Shown: positions 60,906 to 64,000 of the stretch, piece after piece
Numbering within the stretch: the stretch's first letter is position 1
Layout of the letters: every line of letters begins with the position of its first letter
Assembly (NCBI RefSeq): GCF_044704955.1
Contig: NW_027253510.1
Location: forward strand, 62,001 to 126,000
DNA: 64,000 nucleotides
Direction of reading: 5' to 3'
From: Pristiophorus japonicus
Taxonomy: Eukaryota
The notes under the pieces: model-generated
The model's database searches: none
What the model was told of the DNA's origin: nothing
Seen by the model: only the letters and a program-made list of their open reading frames with translations
Translations under genes and position numbers: made by a program

Positions 60906-61221
60906 TTTTGAATGTGTTTTACTTGTATGGGGTGTTTGTGAACATCATTGAGTGGGATACACCTATTTATGTGTCTCTATCTATACAGCAATCTATATTA
61001 AAATTCAGGCACCAGTGGACTTTAAGCAGGAATTTTTAAAAGAACATAAACTGATTATATTATACAAATATATATTAATTAAGTGCCGTAGCAAATTAAG
61101 ATCCTCTTTCTTAGCTGAAACCACCTTTAGTGTTTTGAACTTGCCTTGTAGTCAGCAAATACACGAGGATCGGTCACTGCTTTGAAATGTAAATCGCTGG
61201 TGAAACTAGTGAAAGTGGGTT

Positions 61222-64000
61222 ACATAGAAACATAGAAAATATGTGCAGGATTAAGCCATACGGCCCTTCGAGCCTGCACCACCATTCAATAAGATCATGG
61301 CTGATCATTCACCCCAGTATCCCTTTCCTGATTTCTCTCCATACCACTTGATCCCTTTCGCCATAAGGGCCATATCCAACTCCCTCTTGAATATATCTAA
61401 CGAACTGGTATCAACAACTCTCTGCAGAAGAGAATTCCACAGGTTAACAACTCTCTGAGAGAAGAAGTTTCTCCTCACCTCGGTTCTAAATGGCTTACCC
61501 CTTATCCTTAGACTATGACGCCTGGTTCTGGACTTTCCCAACATCGGGAACATTCTTCCTACATCTAACCTGTCCAGTCCCATCAGAATTTTATATGTTT
61601 CTATGAGATCCCCTCTCATTCTTCTAAACTCCAGTGAATACAGGTCCAGTTGATCCAGTCTCTCCTCATATGTCAGTCCTGCCATCCCGGGAATCAGTCT
61701 AGTGAACCTTCGCTGCACTCCCTCAATAGCAAGAATGTCCTTCCTCAGATTAGGAGACCAAAACTGAACACAATATTCCAGGTGAGGTCTCACCAAGGCC
61801 CTGCACAGCTGCAACAAGAACTCCCTGCTCCTATACTCAAATCCACTAGCTATGAAGGCCAACATACCATTTGTCCTCTTCACCACCTGCTGCACCTGCC
61901 GACTAACCTTCAATGACTGATGTACATGACACCCAGGTCTCGTTGCACCTCCCCTTTTCCTAATCTGCCGCCATTCAGATAATATTCTGCCTTCGTGTTT
62001 TTGGCACTAAAATGGACAACCCCACATTTATCCACATGATACTGCATCCATCATGTATTTGCCCACTCACCTAACCTGTCCAAATCACCCTGCAGCCTCT
62101 TAGCATCCTCCTCACAGCTCACACTGCCACCCAGCTTAGTGTCATCTGCAAACTTGGAGATATTACACTCAATTCCTTCATCTAAATCATTGATATATAT
62201 ATTGTAAATAGCTGGGGTCCCAGCACTGAGCCCTGCGGCACCCCACTAGTTACTGCCTGCCATTCTGAAAAGGACCCATTTATCCTGACTTTCTGCTTCC
62301 TGTCTGCCAACCAGTTCTCTATCCACATCAATACATTACCCCCAATACCATGTGCTTTAATTTTGCACACCAATCTCTTGTGTGGGACCTTGTCAAAAGC
62401 CTTTTGAAAGTCCAAATACACCACATCCACTGGTTCTCCCTTGTCCACTTTACTAGTTACACTTCTCAAAAAATTCTAAAAGATTTGTCAAGCATGATTT
62501 CCCTTTCATAAATCCATGCTGACTTGGACCAATCCTGTCACTGCTTTCCAAATGCACTGCTATTTGATCTTTAATAATTGATTCCAACATTTTCCCCATG
62601 ACTGATGTCAGGCTAACTGGTCTATAATTACCTGTTTTCTCTCTCCCTCCTTTTTTAAAAAGTGGTGTTACATTAGCTACCCTCCAGTCCATAGGAATTG
62701 ATCCAGAGTCGATAGACTGTTGGAAAATGATCACCAATGCATCCACTATTTCTAGGGCCACTTCCTTAAGTGCTCTGGGATGCAGGCCCCGGGTATTTAT
62801 CGGCCTTCAATCCCATCAATTTCTAAAACACAATTTCCTGACTAATCAGGATTTCCTTCAGTTCCTCCTTCTCCCTAGACCCTCGGTCCCCTTGTATTTC
62901 CAGAAGGTTATTTGTGTCTTCCTTCGTGAAGACAGAACCAAAGTATTTGTTCAATTGGTCTGCCATTTCTGTGTTCCCCATTATAAATTCACCTGAATCC
63001 GACTGCAAGGGACCTACGTTTGTCTTCACAAACTTTTTTCTCTTCACTTGTCTATAGAAGCTTTTGCAGTCAATTTTTATGTGCCCAGCAAGCTTCCTCT
63101 CAATCTCTATTTTCCCCCTCCTTATTAAAACCTTTGTCCTTCTCTGCTGAATTCTAAATTTCTCCTGGTCCTCAGGTTTGCTGCTTTTTCTGGCCAATTT
63201 ATATGCATCTTCCTTGGATTTAACACTGTCCTTAATTTCCCTTGTTAGCCACGGTTGAGCTCCCTTCCCCGTTTTATTTTTACCCCAGACAGGGATGTAC
63301 AATTGTTGAAGTTCATCCATGTGATCTTTAAATGTTTGCCATTGCCTATCCACCATCAATCCTTTTAAGTATCATTCGCCAGTCTATTCTAGCCAATTCA
63401 CGTCTCATACCATCGAAGTTACCTTTCCTTAAATTCAGAACCCTAGTCTCTGAATTAACTTTGTCACTTTCCATCTTAATAAAGAATTCAACATATTATG
63501 GCCACTCTTTCCCAAGGGGCCTCGAGCAACAAGATTGTTAATTAGTCCTTTCTCGTTACACATCACCCAGTCTAGGATGGCCAGCCCTCTAGTTGTTCTT
63601 CGACATATTGGTCTGGAAAACCATCCCTAATACACTCCAGGAAATCCTCCTCCACCGTACTGTACCTGTTTGGTTAGCCCAATCTATATGTAGATTAAAG
63701 TCGCCCATGATAACTGCTGAATCTTTATTGCATGCATCCCTAATTTCTTGTTGGTGTTGTCCCCAAACTCACTACTACTGTTTGGTGGTCTGTCCACAAC
63801 TCCCACTAGCGTTTTCTGCCCTTTAGTATTCCGCAGCTCTACCCATACAGATTCCAGATCATCTAAGCCAATGTCCTTCCTTACTATTGCATTCACTCCT
63901 TCTCTAACCAGCAATGTTACCCTACCTCCTTTTCCTTTCTGTCTATCCTTCCTGAATGTTGAATACCCCTGAATGTTGAGTTCCCAGCCTTGGTCACTCT
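61222..64000 (-). mobile_element. Young CR1 LINE ORF2 and 3' end, continuing beyond the window
   Basis: Complete set of APE and RT motifs ([51 protein letters not shown]) with few disruptions. Confidence 0.93.

Overview
Repeat-dense vertebrate genomic DNA, most consistent with a cartilaginous fish (shark). This is inferred from the mix of CR1, L2, RTE, Tx1, Vingi-like LINEs, tRNA-headed SINEs and a Gypsy element; it is not prokaryotic. Most of the long ORFs in the ORF track are retroelement fragments or low-complexity artefacts. The one recognisable host locus lies on the minus strand (about 24476 to 4173) and can be assembled by hand from canonical, phase-compatible splice sites. It comprises two antigen-receptor-like Ig V exons in which V and J are already fused in the germline with no RSS (24476-24126, carrying a TGA where the paralogous exon has TGG; and 14076-13732, intact), a transmembrane exon (13589-13455), and up to four cytoplasmic exons (12937-12864, 11834-11496, 4459-4418, 4271-4173). 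The predicted tail of about 190 aa carries three Y-x-N motifs (YENI, YANQ, YMNF). The product would be a non-rearranging, IgL/TCR-gamma-like VJ-domain receptor with no constant domain and an adaptor-like tail. The leader exon is uncertain. Also present: a ~6.4 kb GA-rich minisatellite with N gaps between the two V exons, 37-bp and 67-bp tandem arrays, and nested transposon stacks. Transposon boundaries are approximate, read by eye.
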